Of a stretch of 64,000 bases of DNA, positions 9,350 to 18,684 are shown piece by piece. Made by a program: the position numbers and the translations under genes. Position 1 is the stretch's first letter, and every line of letters begins with the position of its first letter. The notes under the pieces were generated by a model that saw only the letters and a program-made list of their open reading frames with translations, was not told the origin of the DNA and did not search any database. Location: sequence record AP018399.1; one strand, given 5' to 3'.

Positions 9350-9448
9350 GTGTGTAGCATACCACTATAATTTACAATGTCAACACTTATTTTCTAGCTT
9401 TTTGCACTATGGACATTTCGCAAATAGCCGATTTTTCGTCGCGTGGTT

Positions 9449-9493
9449 CCCCGGCCTCCCAGCCATTTTATTATAATTAAGTTCTCTTGTCAA
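9449..9493 (-). repeat. orphan promoter module copy 3
   Basis: minus strand TTGACA-17-TAAAATGGCTGGGAGGCCGGGG. Confidence 0.8.
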
Positions 9494-9560
9494 CTATTGC
9501 AGACAAAGAAAAGCCCGGATATGCTCCGGGCTTTCCGCATTCCCCGTTGTGGGGGTTGGG

Positions 9561-9836
9561 TTACTTGCGGGCGATGGAGAAGGCGAACCCGCCCACGTTG
9601 CCCGACACGTCCCCGGCCGTCTTCGGCAGCTTGACGCCACCGGCCAGCTTGGCAGCGCTGCGCACGCGGTCGGCGTTGATGCGGGCGGTGGTCTTCGGCG
9701 AGCGGTACAGGCCAGCACGGACCGGCTTGGCGATGCTGTCGGCGAAGGCGGCGACGCCAGCCTTGACGATGTTCTTGGCGGCTTCGAAGCTCGTGGTGTC
9801 GGTGGACTGGCCGTTGACGGTGACGTTGTAGGACAT
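9561..9836 (-). CDS. hypothetical basic protein
   Basis: ORF, terminator at ~9508-9535. Confidence 0.7.
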   Translation of the reverse strand: MSYNVTVNGQSTDTTSFEAAKNIVKAGVAAFADSIAKPVRAGLYRSPKTTARINADRVRSAAKLAGGVKLPKTAGDVSGNVGGFAFSIARK

Positions 9837-9886
9837 TGGCTTGATTCCTTGTGTTTGGAGTTGGTTTTGGTGGTGTGGGTTGTGCG

Positions 9887-9994
9887 TTACAGCACTTCGA
9901 AATCGTCGTCGTTGCCGTACATCACGGCGTCGAGGTCCGCCATGTCTTCGGCGTAGCGTTGGGCGTCGTAAGCGGAGAAATCGAACTCGTCCAT
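9887..9994 (-). CDS. very acidic peptide (35 aa)
   Basis: MDEFDFSAYDAQRYAEDMADLDAVMYGNDDDFEVL; GAGG RBS and own promoter. Confidence 0.55.
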   Translation of the reverse strand: MDEFDFSAYDAQRYAEDMADLDAVMYGNDDDFEVL

Positions 9995-10018
9995 TTGTTG
10001 CCTCGGTGTTGTTGGTTG

Positions 10019-10101
10019 GTATGGGTGCTACTATACACCCTTAAATTATATTGTCAACACTTTTTTCAAATTATTTTTCTGCTTGCATGTCGCACCAGCT
10101 A
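10019..10101. repeat. ~83-bp promoter-containing direct repeat, copy 1
   Basis: near-identical to 10311-10394. Confidence 0.85.
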
Positions 10102-10104
10102 CCG

Positions 10105-10296
10105 TCAAGCGTTTTCGACGGCTTCCAGCTTCACCGTTACACCATCCTTGGTAAACACCATCGGACGGCCCGCCATCACGTTGAGTAGAATCAGGTCAAC
10201 GCGGGAATCTTCCATGCCACGGCGCAGCAGCTTTTCCGCTTCATCCTTGGGGAGAACGACAACCGGCTTGCCGTAAGTGGAAAACTTGATATTCAT
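10105..10296 (-). CDS. hypothetical protein flanked by direct repeats
   Basis: ORF track. Confidence 0.65.
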   Translation of the reverse strand: MNIKFSTYGKPVVVLPKDEAEKLLRRGMEDSRVDLILLNVMAGRPMVFTKDGVTVKLEAVENA

Positions 10297-10310
10297 GATG
10301 ATTCCCTGTG

Positions 10311-10394
10311 GTATGGGTGCTACTATACCCCCTTAAATTATATTGTCAACACCTTTTTTCAAATTATTTTTCCGCTTGCATGTCGCACCAGCTA
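10311..10394. repeat. ~84-bp promoter-containing direct repeat, copy 2
   Basis: near-identical to 10019-10101. Confidence 0.85.
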
Positions 10395-10594
10395 ATGGCA
10401 TCTTCCACGCTGGCAGCGTCATAGACCACGTTAGCCGGTTCACCAGCGAACACGACCACGCTGGGGCTGGAATAGATGGCGGTCATGCTGATGATGTAGC
10501 CGCGATACTGGAAGCCTGCACCAGCGGCCACATGGTTGCCTTGTGCATCCATGATGCCAAAGCGCTTGGAATTGAGGTTGTCGCTCATGGGCAT
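10364..10594 (-). CDS. hypothetical protein
   Basis: ORF MPMSDNLNSK... Confidence 0.6.
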   Translation of the reverse strand: MPMSDNLNSKRFGIMDAQGNHVAAGAGFQYRGYIISMTAIYSSPSVVVFAGEPANVVYDAASVEDAISWCDMQAEK

Positions 10595-10595
10595 A

Positions 10596-10880
10596 TCAGT
10601 AGTCTCCCGAATCGTACATGCCGTAATCTTCATCGGTTCCGAAGCCAGCGGACGCCAGTGCATAGCCGTCATCGGAATCGTCGCAGTCGATATCGTCGCA
10701 GTCGATATCTTCCTCACCTTCATCCTCATCGGACTCCGGATGCGGGACCGGCTCGCCAGTGTAAAACGGATTGGCGACCCACGTATCGGAATCATGCAAC
10801 AGCCACGCCAGATGCGGGCACTCGCGGCCAACGTTGCGGGCGAACTCGTTCAGAGCATCATTGTTGGTTGCGTAGGTCAT
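10596..10880 (-). CDS. acidic hypothetical protein
   Basis: D/E-rich C-terminus with ALASAGFGTDEDYG; own promoter. Confidence 0.7.
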   Translation of the reverse strand: MTYATNNDALNEFARNVGRECPHLAWLLHDSDTWVANPFYTGEPVPHPESDEDEGEEDIDCDDIDCDDSDDGYALASAGFGTDEDYGMYDSGDY

Positions 10881-10939
10881 CGTTATGCTCCGTTGATTTG
10901 TGTGGTCATTATACACAAACAAATTCAACATGCAAGGGG

Positions 10940-10984
10940 TTGACGTGACCTAAATTATAGTGTAAAATGGATGGCAGGCCGGGA
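10940..10984 (+). repeat. orphan promoter module copy 4
   Basis: TTGACG-17-TAAAATGGATGGCAGGCCGGGA then hairpin ~11003-11027. Confidence 0.85.
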
Positions 10985-11041
10985 CAGTATGCGGGGCCAA
11001 CAAAAAGCCCGGATTGCTCCGGGCTTTCGATTCTGCTAGGG

Positions 11042-11548
11042 TCAGCGGTATTCGTTGGGGTACTTGGCGAGGATGGCGTACAGGCTGGCGAATTGGGCCG
11101 GAATCAGCACGGAATTGATGCGTTCCCATTCGGCCGGATTCTTGAGCAATTCCGCATCCGGGTTGGTGGTGAAGTGCGAGCCGCCCAGATGGTACAGGTC
11201 GGCAGTCTTGCGCAGCGTGTAGATGGTCTGCACAATCTCGCAGAACTTCCACAGGTCGCGGTCGTCGGTGATGGTCAGCGTATCGCCGAAATGCAGTTTG
11301 AGTTGGTCATACAGATTCTTATTCTGCATTTCCTTATTCTGCCAGTCCATGACGTGCAGGCTGTCCAGATGGTAATGGCAATCGCGATTGCCGAGGTAGC
11401 CGAAGCCCCAATACCAGTTGCAATCGAACGACGGGCGACGGAACAGGATGCCACGGCCATGCACGGAACCGAGACGGAAGTTTGCCGGGAACGCCGCAAC
11501 CTTGGCATTCAGGTCATTGGAGAAGGCGTTAGGCTGGGTCCGCATCAT
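11042..11548 (-). CDS. hypothetical protein
   Basis: ORF with CNWYWGFGY; own promoter. Confidence 0.7.
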   Translation of the reverse strand: MMRTQPNAFSNDLNAKVAAFPANFRLGSVHGRGILFRRPSFDCNWYWGFGYLGNRDCHYHLDSLHVMDWQNKEMQNKNLYDQLKLHFGDTLTITDDRDLWKFCEIVQTIYTLRKTADLYHLGGSHFTTNPDAELLKNPAEWERINSVLIPAQFASLYAILAKYPNEYR

Positions 11549-11604
11549 CTTAATCCGTTGTGGTGTGTGGTCATTATACACACTTAAAAGAAATACGCAA
11601 CTAC

Positions 11605-11649
11605 TTGCGCAAAAGAAAATTATAGTGTAAAATGGATGGCAGGCCGGGA
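11605..11649 (+). repeat. orphan promoter module copy 5
   Basis: TTGCGC-17-TAAAATGGATGGCAGGCCGGGA then hairpin. Confidence 0.85.
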
Positions 11650-11699
11650 GAGTATGCGGGGCCAAAGAAAAGGAGCCTTGCGGCCCCTTCGCTTTTTAG

Positions 11700-11915
11700 T
11701 TAGATTGCCCATTCCAGTGCGGCATGGAGGCATTCTTTCGGCGTCCCGCACTTGATGGTGCGAATGCAGCGATTGGTGATGCTGCTGTATTCGTCCAGAC
11801 CGGTGTAACCGTTGCGGCCTTGGGCTTCCAGATAGGTGACCTTCCCGCGTTCCTTGGCGACTTCGTTGATGCCCTTGAGGTCATTCCGGAGGTCTTCGCG
11901 CATGTAACGGGCCAT
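11700..11915 (-). CDS. hypothetical protein
   Basis: ORF MARYMRED..., own promoter. Confidence 0.65.
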   Translation of the reverse strand: MARYMREDLRNDLKGINEVAKERGKVTYLEAQGRNGYTGLDEYSSITNRCIRTIKCGTPKECLHAALEWAI

Positions 11916-12035
11916 TTCGTTCTCGCCTATCGTGTTGGTGTGTGGGTCATTATACACACTTAAAAGAAATGTGCAATACCCAAATACAAAAAAATCCCCC
12001 TATTTCTAGGGGGATTCTTGTGGTACCCTTGGCGG

Positions 12036-12779
12036 TTAGCCGTTCAGGATATCGGCCGGGATGCTCGCCACGTCTTCCGGCAGGTAGGACTTGCGGGCGA
12101 CGATGAGGCGTTCGAAGTTGCCTTCCTTGAGGCTCAGAAACTTGAGGCCCACGGAGCGCTTGTTCAGCGCCTTGGAAATGGCGTTCGACATGAGGACCGG
12201 AGCGCCCGACTTGACGACCTTGTATTCGCCCGGTTCGCGCACGTTGCGGTTCAGTTCCAGACAGGCGACCATGATGCTCGCCACGGTCGGCAGGCCATCG
12301 GTCAGCACCGGCTGCATGATGCCTTCGACCTTTTCCGTCACGAAATGGACCTTGATGCCATCGGCGACGCGGGCATAGCAGCGGTCATGGCCCTGACGGT
12401 GGGCGTCGCTGCGGTCGCCGGTCAGCGTGGTATTCATGCTGTCCACTTCCTTCGCCTTGCGGGTGTTGAAGATGGTCAGCAGTTCGGTTTCCGGGAGCTT
12501 CGACAGAACCGGGTCGGCGTCGATGAATTCCTTCACGTCGCTGAAACGCAGGTCCGACAGAGCGGCCATCTTGCGCTTGTACAGGTTTTCGACGCTGAAA
12601 CGGGTGATGAGTTGCGCATCGTACACGGTCGGCTTCACGCGGTCGCTGGTGGCGACGTAGCCGTACACGGTGGCGATACCGCCCTGACGGGCAACGCTCA
12701 GGCTTTCCAGCGCTTCGGCCTGTTCGGCAGTGGCGCGGAACTTCTGGCCGTTCAGGTCGGTGAGAATCAGGTGGGTCAT
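12036..12779 (-). CDS. hypothetical protein (247 aa)
   Basis: long ORF with strong codon bias, promoter and terminator. Confidence 0.8.
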   Translation of the reverse strand: MTHLILTDLNGQKFRATAEQAEALESLSVARQGGIATVYGYVATSDRVKPTVYDAQLITRFSVENLYKRKMAALSDLRFSDVKEFIDADPVLSKLPETELLTIFNTRKAKEVDSMNTTLTGDRSDAHRQGHDRCYARVADGIKVHFVTEKVEGIMQPVLTDGLPTVASIMVACLELNRNVREPGEYKVVKSGAPVLMSNAISKALNKRSVGLKFLSLKEGNFERLIVARKSYLPEDVASIPADILNG

Positions 12780-12855
12780 TGCCGTTCCTTGTTGGTTGGT
12801 ATGGGTGAATTATACACGACCCGTCGAGGTTGTCAACAGGTTTTTTCAATTTATT

Positions 12856-13056
12856 TTAGTGGAAGTGTGCCCGGATTTGCTTTTCGGCCTGATACAATGT
12901 CCAGCACAGACGGCCGTTCACTTCGACATAGTTGCAGTCGCTACGGGCGAAATGACGTTCACACATACGCATCGCGTAGTCCGGGCCAATCATGTTGGCG
13001 GGGTCATACGAACGGGTGCGGGTGTGGCGGACGATGGTGACGGGTTGCGTAGCCAT
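12856..13056 (-). CDS. hypothetical protein
   Basis: ORF, own promoter. Confidence 0.65.
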   Translation of the reverse strand: MATQPVTIVRHTRTRSYDPANMIGPDYAMRMCERHFARSDCNYVEVNGRLCWTLYQAEKQIRAHFH

Positions 13057-13117
13057 TTCATTTCCTCGCCTTAACTTATGTGTCCATTATACACACTTAA
13101 ATTATTTGTGCAAGGGG

Positions 13118-13161
13118 TTGACAAAAGAAAATTATAGTGTAAAATGGATGGCAGGCCGGGA
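13118..13161 (+). repeat. orphan promoter module copy 6
   Basis: TTGACA-16-TAAAATGGATGGCAGGCCGGGA then hairpin. Confidence 0.85.
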
Positions 13162-13296
13162 CTATAGCCCGGACAGAATGAAACCCCAGCCTTGCGACCG
13201 GGGTTTCGGAAAGGATTCGCCGTCTGTCCAGTTATTTCGCTGGCGGGTTCAACCTGTAGACATAATGCCACAGGTTGTTATACTTGTCAAGCGATT

Positions 13297-13629
13297 TTAG
13301 CGCTTGATGTACAGGCCGGAACCGTACAGGTCGCACGGCTTGCCATTGCCCACGTCGAGGCCATCATTCCAGATGGAACCGCGCTTGCCCTTGGCGGGCT
13401 TCTTCCAGCCATCGGCCTTGAGAATGTCGCCATTGCTCAGGTCGATGAAGCAATAGACCATGCGCTGCGAATCCTGATTCACGATGCGAGCGAATTTCTG
13501 GCCGTATTCCACTTCGAACGTGCCCTTGAACGGCAGGTAGCCGCGATTCGGCAGTTCCAGCATGTAATACTTTTGCAGTTCCCCCACGAACAGGGTAATG
13601 CGGTCTTCGATGCCAGCTTGACGTGCCAT
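13297..13629 (-). CDS. phage hypothetical protein
   Basis: GDILKADGWKKPAKGKRGSI motif typical of small myophage proteins. Confidence 0.7.
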   Translation of the reverse strand: MARQAGIEDRITLFVGELQKYYMLELPNRGYLPFKGTFEVEYGQKFARIVNQDSQRMVYCFIDLSNGDILKADGWKKPAKGKRGSIWNDGLDVGNGKPCDLYGSGLYIKR

Positions 13630-13690
13630 TGCGTAGCTCCCTTGTGTATGCGACTAGTATACTGACTTAAATTGCAATGTCAAGTATAAT

Positions 13691-14056
13691 TTAGTCGATT
13701 CGCGTTTCCACGTTGCAGGGGATGCCACGTTCCCGCAGTTCAGCAGCGAAGGCATTGAGGCAACGGGCACGATAGTCCATGCTCTGCCACATGCCATCGG
13801 CCTTGACCATATCGGCCGACATGCTGAAATAGTAATGCTTCCGGTAGTCATCCCAGCGCCAGTTATGCGCTTTCAGCACGTTGGCGAGGCGATGATTCTT
13901 GCGAATCTTGATGCAGGCCCACGCGAAGCCGCAGGGATACCAATGCGGCTCGGCAATCAGCGATTGCTCATTGAGCTTCACCATGCCCGCGCTGATTGCC
14001 AGCAGCAGGGCTTCATTGGTAACGGTAACGTACTGGTCGGGCTTCTTGCCGGTCAT
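13691..14056 (-). CDS. hypothetical protein
   Basis: ORF with CGFAW. Confidence 0.7.
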   Translation of the reverse strand: MTGKKPDQYVTVTNEALLLAISAGMVKLNEQSLIAEPHWYPCGFAWACIKIRKNHRLANVLKAHNWRWDDYRKHYYFSMSADMVKADGMWQSMDYRARCLNAFAAELRERGIPCNVETRID

Positions 14057-14120
14057 GTTGGCGATTCCGCTTGAGTGTGTGGTCATTATACACACTTAAA
14101 AGAAATGTGCAAGCTTTATT

Positions 14121-14636
14121 TTAGCCAATCGTGCGACGCTGGCCCGTCCAGTCATTGCGATTGAATACCTGTCCCGAACGGTTGCGGATGCCCGCGATGC
14201 TGCAACGTTGCATGGCCGCATGATGCTTCGGACCGGCCCACGTTTCGGCCCCGTTCGCATTGCGGTACAGATATTCATTCTTGACACGGCCACGCTTGAC
14301 CGTGATACCGTATTGCGAACAACGGGTGCCGGTGCCGCCCAGCGAGCGATGAATCGCCTTCCAGATGCGGTCATGGCCCGAACGCCCACGCAACGCATAG
14401 TCAACCATGTGCGCAATTTCATGCGACACAGTATTGCGGAATTCTTCCGGAACCTGCGAAGCGTTATGGGTATTGAACTGTACTTCCCAGCTACCTTGCT
14501 TCGCCCAGCCATTCATGCGGCCCTTCGCGAAGAATGACACCTTCGGAACGGGACGGGCAGCGTAAGCCGGATACAGGGCACGGGCCTTCGCATCGTACTC
14601 GTGGAAATAACCCATGATGGTGGCTTCGATGCTCAT
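14121..14636 (-). CDS. SprT-like zinc metalloprotein
   Basis: TVSHEIAH...GHDRIWK...GG...RC signature. Confidence 0.8.
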   Translation of the reverse strand: MSIEATIMGYFHEYDAKARALYPAYAARPVPKVSFFAKGRMNGWAKQGSWEVQFNTHNASQVPEEFRNTVSHEIAHMVDYALRGRSGHDRIWKAIHRSLGGTGTRCSQYGITVKRGRVKNEYLYRNANGAETWAGPKHHAAMQRCSIAGIRNRSGQVFNRNDWTGQRRTIG

Positions 14637-14696
14637 TGTCTGTTTCCTGTTTGTGTGTGCCCATTATACACACTTAAATTATTAGTGCAACCCCTT

Positions 14697-14948
14697 TTAC
14701 CAATCTTTTTCATTGATGATAATGGGACGGCTGTCGGAAAACTCCGGAAGGCGGGACAGGCTGATTTTCAGCGTTTCATGGTCCACGCTACCGGCTTCCC
14801 ATGTGACCACGCGGGGCTGATTCGCCCAACCCATGTAACGGGATTCGCGGATGCGCTTTGCGCCAAGCTGGCGCAGCATGGATTTGTACATTTCCGCGTC
14901 ATACGGGAATGCATCGAATTGGGAAGACTGGTGCAGGTATTCACGCAT
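14697..14948 (-). CDS. hypothetical protein
   Basis: ORF, own promoter. Confidence 0.65.
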   Translation of the reverse strand: MREYLHQSSQFDAFPYDAEMYKSMLRQLGAKRIRESRYMGWANQPRVVTWEAGSVDHETLKISLSRLPEFSDSRPIIINEKDW

Positions 14949-15027
14949 GACGGTATTCCCTTGGGGTGTGTGACCATTATACACAAACAAATGAGGGTGT
15001 CAACTACAAATTTCAATCTTTTTAGGC

Positions 15028-15070
15028 TTGACATTCCTATAATTTAGTGTAAAATGGATGGCAGGCCGGG
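15028..15070 (+). repeat. orphan promoter module copy 7
   Basis: TTGACA-16-TAAAATGGATGGCAGGCCGGG then hairpin. Confidence 0.85.
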
Positions 15071-15112
15071 GATATAGCGAGGCAAAAAGAAAGGGGCCGT
15101 AGCCCCTTTCCC

Positions 15113-15379
15113 TTAGCGGATGATGGTGGACTCACAGGTCGGGGAGTTGGTAGCATCCGGGGCCGGCTGCACCACGTCCGGATTGGCCCGGACCATCCAA
15201 CCCATGCGGCCCATCTTGAGGCCACGGGCGACCACTTCGCCGCAGTCGCGGACGATGACGGTATCACCATCGGCCTCGACCGAGTAACCGGCCTTCTTCA
15301 TGCTCTTCTTGAAGCCGGTCATCCACGTATTCGGGGCGAAGCGGGCGACGGTCTTGAAGTGGGCTTCGTTCTGGCGCAT
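15113..15379 (-). CDS. hypothetical protein
   Basis: ORF, own promoter. Confidence 0.7.
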   Translation of the reverse strand: MRQNEAHFKTVARFAPNTWMTGFKKSMKKAGYSVEADGDTVIVRDCGEVVARGLKMGRMGWMVRANPDVVQPAPDATNSPTCESTIIR

Positions 15380-15485
15380 CGGTGTGTCTCCGTGGTTGAT
15401 GTGTGTACTATACTCCCTTAAATTTATTTGTCAACACCTTTTTTCAAATATTTTTAGGGGTTGACAGGATTCGGTGGGCTAGTCT

Positions 15486-15528
15486 CCCGGCCTGCCATCC
15501 ATTTTACACTTATAATTTAGAAAGTCAA
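15486..15528 (-). repeat. orphan promoter module copy 8
   Basis: minus strand TTGACT-16-TAAAATGGATGGCAGGCCGGG. Confidence 0.85.
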
Positions 15529-15574
15529 GTATTGCAGACAAAGAAAAGCCCGGATATGCTCCGGGCTTTCCTGT

Positions 15575-15826
15575 TTACATTGCTCGGCGGCTGATTGCAT
15601 CGCCGGTGAAGGCTTCCCACACGTCATACGGCATGGAAAGGCGGATAACCCCTTCACCATCGAAAACGTGTACCTGTCCGTCATCGTCCATTTCGGCGAT
15701 GAATTCGTCAGCTTGGGCGAGGATGGTCACCCCATCGGACCGACTGCAATCGCATTCGGCCATCGGGTGTATACGGCGAGAACAGCCGTCGTCGCAGGCA
15801 CGGTCAGGGCGTTCGGGCATTGGCAT
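15575..15826 (-). CDS. hypothetical protein
   Basis: ORF track. Confidence 0.6.
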   Translation of the reverse strand: MPMPERPDRACDDGCSRRIHPMAECDCSRSDGVTILAQADEFIAEMDDDGQVHVFDGEGVIRLSMPYDVWEAFTGDAISRRAM

Positions 15827-15832
15827 TCTCCA

Positions 15833-15997
15833 TTAGGTTCGGGTCCACGTCATGTACTGGCGTTCGGTGATTTCGCCATTCTTGTGGAGGGAATCGGTCC
15901 AGTCATTGAACGCGGTGTCCAGCGTCGCACGACCTTGGTCCGGGAGCTTCGGGGCGATTTCGTCTTTGAAGAACTTGCGGGCTTCACGAAGGGTCAT
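15833..15997 (-). CDS. small hypothetical protein
   Basis: ORF MTLREARKFF..., own promoter. Confidence 0.6.
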   Translation of the reverse strand: MTLREARKFFKDEIAPKLPDQGRATLDTAFNDWTDSLHKNGEITERQYMTWTRT

Positions 15998-16056
15998 GGC
16001 GGCGTTCCGTTGTGGTATGGGTGCCATTATACTCAATTAAATTGAGTTGTCAACAC

Positions 16057-16464
16057 CTAGTTTTTGTTCGGTGGGAAGGTATAATGCCGCTTTGACACAG
16101 GCGAACCGCAATGCTTGCAGCGCCCGTGCATGATGTAGTAGCGTTCGGTTAGTTGATTCGTGAAACGGTTTGTGCTTTCCCAGCCGTCACCCTGTACCCA
16201 GCGGTCAACCTCATGCACGTCGCTTTTGCAACGCATGGTGATGGCCTCGACCTTGGCCCGTGCGATGGTCACTTCACGTTGCGTTTCCGCTTCGATTGCC
16301 TTCGCATTGGCCTCGGCGGCTTTCGTCTGAGCCGCTAGGATTTGGATATCTTGACGGCGTGCGATGTAGCAATGCACGATGGTCCAGAGAGGGCCGAAAA
16401 TGCCCTTGAATTGACGTGTGGCGCTCACATGGGTGAACACCACGTCGATTGGTTCCTGACTCAT
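16057..16464 (-). CDS. hypothetical protein (TAG stop)
   Basis: ORF MSQEPIDVV... Confidence 0.6.
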   Translation of the reverse strand: MSQEPIDVVFTHVSATRQFKGIFGPLWTIVHCYIARRQDIQILAAQTKAAEANAKAIEAETQREVTIARAKVEAITMRCKSDVHEVDRWVQGDGWESTNRFTNQLTERYYIMHGRCKHCGSPVSKRHYTFPPNKN

Positions 16465-16691
16465 GCCGCAGCCTTTTCCTCGCTGTAGAAGTCTTCCGGG
16501 CTGTAATCGCTGGTAACGCCATCGGTCCAGAACAGGCCAACATAGTTGGGATTCCGCGACCACGGCTGCCACGCGATGTACCACTGGCCGTACAGGTCAA
16601 CCCCGACGACATAGCCCGCATTCTTCCAATGCACCTTGCGGCCAGCCTTCACGGCTTCCTGAATCTCGGCGAGGGTATTGAACTGAGCCAT
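16461..16691 (-). CDS. hypothetical protein
   Basis: ORF, own promoter. Confidence 0.7.
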   Translation of the reverse strand: MAQFNTLAEIQEAVKAGRKVHWKNAGYVVGVDLYGQWYIAWQPWSRNPNYVGLFWTDGVTSDYSPEDFYSEEKAAA

Positions 16692-16861
16692 TTGCGTGTC
16701 CCGTGTTGGTATGGGTGTAGAATATCACACTTGAATTATATGTCAACCCCTTGCCTTAAAATAATTCATGGGTATAATGCTTGGCGCAAAAGAAAAGCCC
16801 CCAGCATTGCTAGGGGCTTTTCACACCACGGGTTAGGGCACCACCCCTAACCCCACCATGC

Positions 16862-17119
16862 TTAGCGGCGGTTGACGACCATCGCCGGGTTGTGCAGCGG
16901 GATGCGGTAGATGACCGGAGCCGGACCGCGCTTGCCTTCCGGACGCTCGGCGACACCGACTTCCGTCGCGAGGCCGAGACGGGCCAGCGTGGACAGGTCG
17001 GGCTGCTTGACGCGCTTGCCGTTGATGCTCAGACGCGAGTCCTTGCCACGGCCGATGATATCGGCGACGGTACCCTCGATGTAGTCCGGGGTCTGGTTGA
17101 AAGTGGTCTTGTTTGCCAT
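16862..17119 (-). CDS. hypothetical protein
   Basis: ORF with strong codon bias. Confidence 0.7.
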   Translation of the reverse strand: MANKTTFNQTPDYIEGTVADIIGRGKDSRLSINGKRVKQPDLSTLARLGLATEVGVAERPEGKRGPAPVIYRIPLHNPAMVVNRR

Positions 17120-17215
17120 GTTCGTTTTCCTCAGAGTGGATTTGATTTGAAGGGTTTGTTTCTACAACGTGGATAGTCTATCTAACTTATAACAGCTTGT
17201 CAACTACTTTCTTGA

Positions 17216-17238
17216 AATAAGTCCTAACGCAAGCGTTA
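17216..17238. repeat. AATAAGTCC-TAACGC-NN-GCGTTA dyad motif, copy 1 (others 21076-21098, 24935-24957)
   Basis: three near-identical 23-bp copies. Confidence 0.7.
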
Positions 17239-17415
17239 AGACAGGTACGGCAGGACGGCACCCACGAAAGCGGTAGCGTCCGGGGTAGCGGTGAAGTGGT
17301 TCACCAGCTTGATGACAGCCCATGCCAGCAGCGCAAGGCCACCGATGGACACCAGCAGGCCGACGATGAAGGCCAGCAGCCACAGCTTGCCGAAATGCTT
17401 GAAGATGAATTCCAT
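17236..17415 (-). CDS. small membrane protein (59 aa)
   Basis: long hydrophobic segment; GAGG RBS. Confidence 0.55.
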   Translation of the reverse strand: MEFIFKHFGKLWLLAFIVGLLVSIGGLALLAWAVIKLVNHFTATPDATAFVGAVLPYLS

Positions 17416-17422
17416 GTTTGCC

Positions 17423-17764
17423 TCAGTAGAGAGTGGTATACTGCTTGTCGGACTTGGGGAACATCACAACGGACAGGATGGGGAAGTCCAGCTTGTCATT
17501 GGGCTTCACAACCTTGCCATTGAAACGAATTGCACCCTGCTCAATGAAACGTCGCAGAGTCGAATTGGATGCGGCCTTCTTCTCGGCCACGTCCCAGAAA
17601 CCTTCCTTGCCCAGCCCCAGAAGCCATTCATAGGCCGTCTTGTTGGGGATGAAGGCATCGGATACACGACACCAGTTGCGGACCAGCTTGAACTTCACGA
17701 GGGGCAAATCCTCATGGATTTCAAGGACTTCGATGGTATGGCCGTTGAGTTCGATGCTTTCCAT
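17423..17764 (-). CDS. S4-like RNA-binding domain protein (resembles TyrRS C-terminal S4)
   Basis: SNSTLRRFIEQGAIRFNGKVV S4 pattern. Confidence 0.6.
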   Translation of the reverse strand: MESIELNGHTIEVLEIHEDLPLVKFKLVRNWCRVSDAFIPNKTAYEWLLGLGKEGFWDVAEKKAASNSTLRRFIEQGAIRFNGKVVKPNDKLDFPILSVVMFPKSDKQYTTLY

Positions 17765-17782
17765 GTGCTAAATTATACACAC

Positions 17783-17980
17783 TTAAGTTGTGGTGTCAAC
17801 TACTTCCGTATAAAGCCAGTTCTTCGGGTCCATACGATTCCAGCGCGCGAGTTCGGCGAGGAAGATGCCCCGATGGGCGCATTCGATTTCACGAATCCAT
17901 GAACGATTCGTGGGGATATGCTTGGCCCTATACTTGTACTTGGTCGGGATGACCGGAGGATTCTTCCACCATGCGTCCAT
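17783..17980 (-). CDS. hypothetical protein
   Basis: ORF MDAWWKNP... Confidence 0.55.
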   Translation of the reverse strand: MDAWWKNPPVIPTKYKYRAKHIPTNRSWIREIECAHRGIFLAELARWNRMDPKNWLYTEVVDTTT

Positions 17981-17988
17981 TGAAACCC

Positions 17989-18297
17989 TCAGACATTGGT
18001 CATCTTCACGAATGTTGCGACGGCCGCGATTGCACCCGCATACAGGCACAGGTATTGGCCGAAATGGTTGCGAAGGTCGCTCCACATGCGAGCCAGAGGA
18101 CCACGCTTCTCCGCATTGTAGGAGCGGTAGACGGAGCGGACGAAGTTGCCGGTGAAATACGACTGCACCTTGGCGACCAGCACGACCACCACGACGGCGA
18201 CCACAGCCGACACCATGATGGGGAACAGCACGTTGCTGTTGTACAACTGGTATTCCAGCGGGTTGCGGTAGACGATGAATTCCTGCGGCTGGCTCAC
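17989..18297 (-). CDS. membrane protein
   Basis: two hydrophobic segments. Confidence 0.7.
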   Translation of the reverse strand: MSQPQEFIVYRNPLEYQLYNSNVLFPIMVSAVVAVVVVVLVAKVQSYFTGNFVRSVYRSYNAEKRGPLARMWSDLRNHFGQYLCLYAGAIAAVATFVKMTNV

Positions 18298-18363
18298 GTT
18301 GTCAGTCTCAGTTAGTGGAATGAGATATAATTTACCTCATTCCACATAGGTTGTCAAGCGGTT

Positions 18364-18576
18364 TTATCGCTTGGATTTGCGCTTTGCAATGCGGGCCTTT
18401 GCACGCTGGGCACGGGCTGCGTTATGCTTGCCGGTACGGGTCCGCGACCACTGGCTGAATAGCTGCTGCATACGCAACTGGTTCAGGTAGTCATCCGCTG
18501 CCTTCTGTAGCTCAGCGCTGTCGATTTCTTTGCCTTCGGCGGTCAGGTCGGTTACGAGTTCGTCACTGGTTTGCAT
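18364..18576 (-). CDS. hypothetical protein
   Basis: ORF track. Confidence 0.65.
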   Translation of the reverse strand: MQTSDELVTDLTAEGKEIDSAELQKAADDYLNQLRMQQLFSQWSRTRTGKHNAARAQRAKARIAKRKSKR

Positions 18577-18655
18577 TTGTTATCCTAAGTTAGACGGCTA
18601 GGATAGCAAATAGATGACTCAAGTTCAATACTTGACTTTGAGTGTAGAAGATGAG

Positions 18656-18662
18656 ATAAATA
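18656..18662 (+). promoter_or_regulatory. T4-like late promoter motif (C/A)TAAATA; others at 20257(-), 28056, 28541, 37156, 40467, 43186, 44216, 49333, 51815, 52885(-), 53777(-)
   Basis: recurs just upstream of genes/tRNAs with no -35 box; resembles T4 gp55 TATAAATA. Confidence 0.6.
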
Positions 18663-18684
18663 CGGTATATCCCGGAATCTCATC

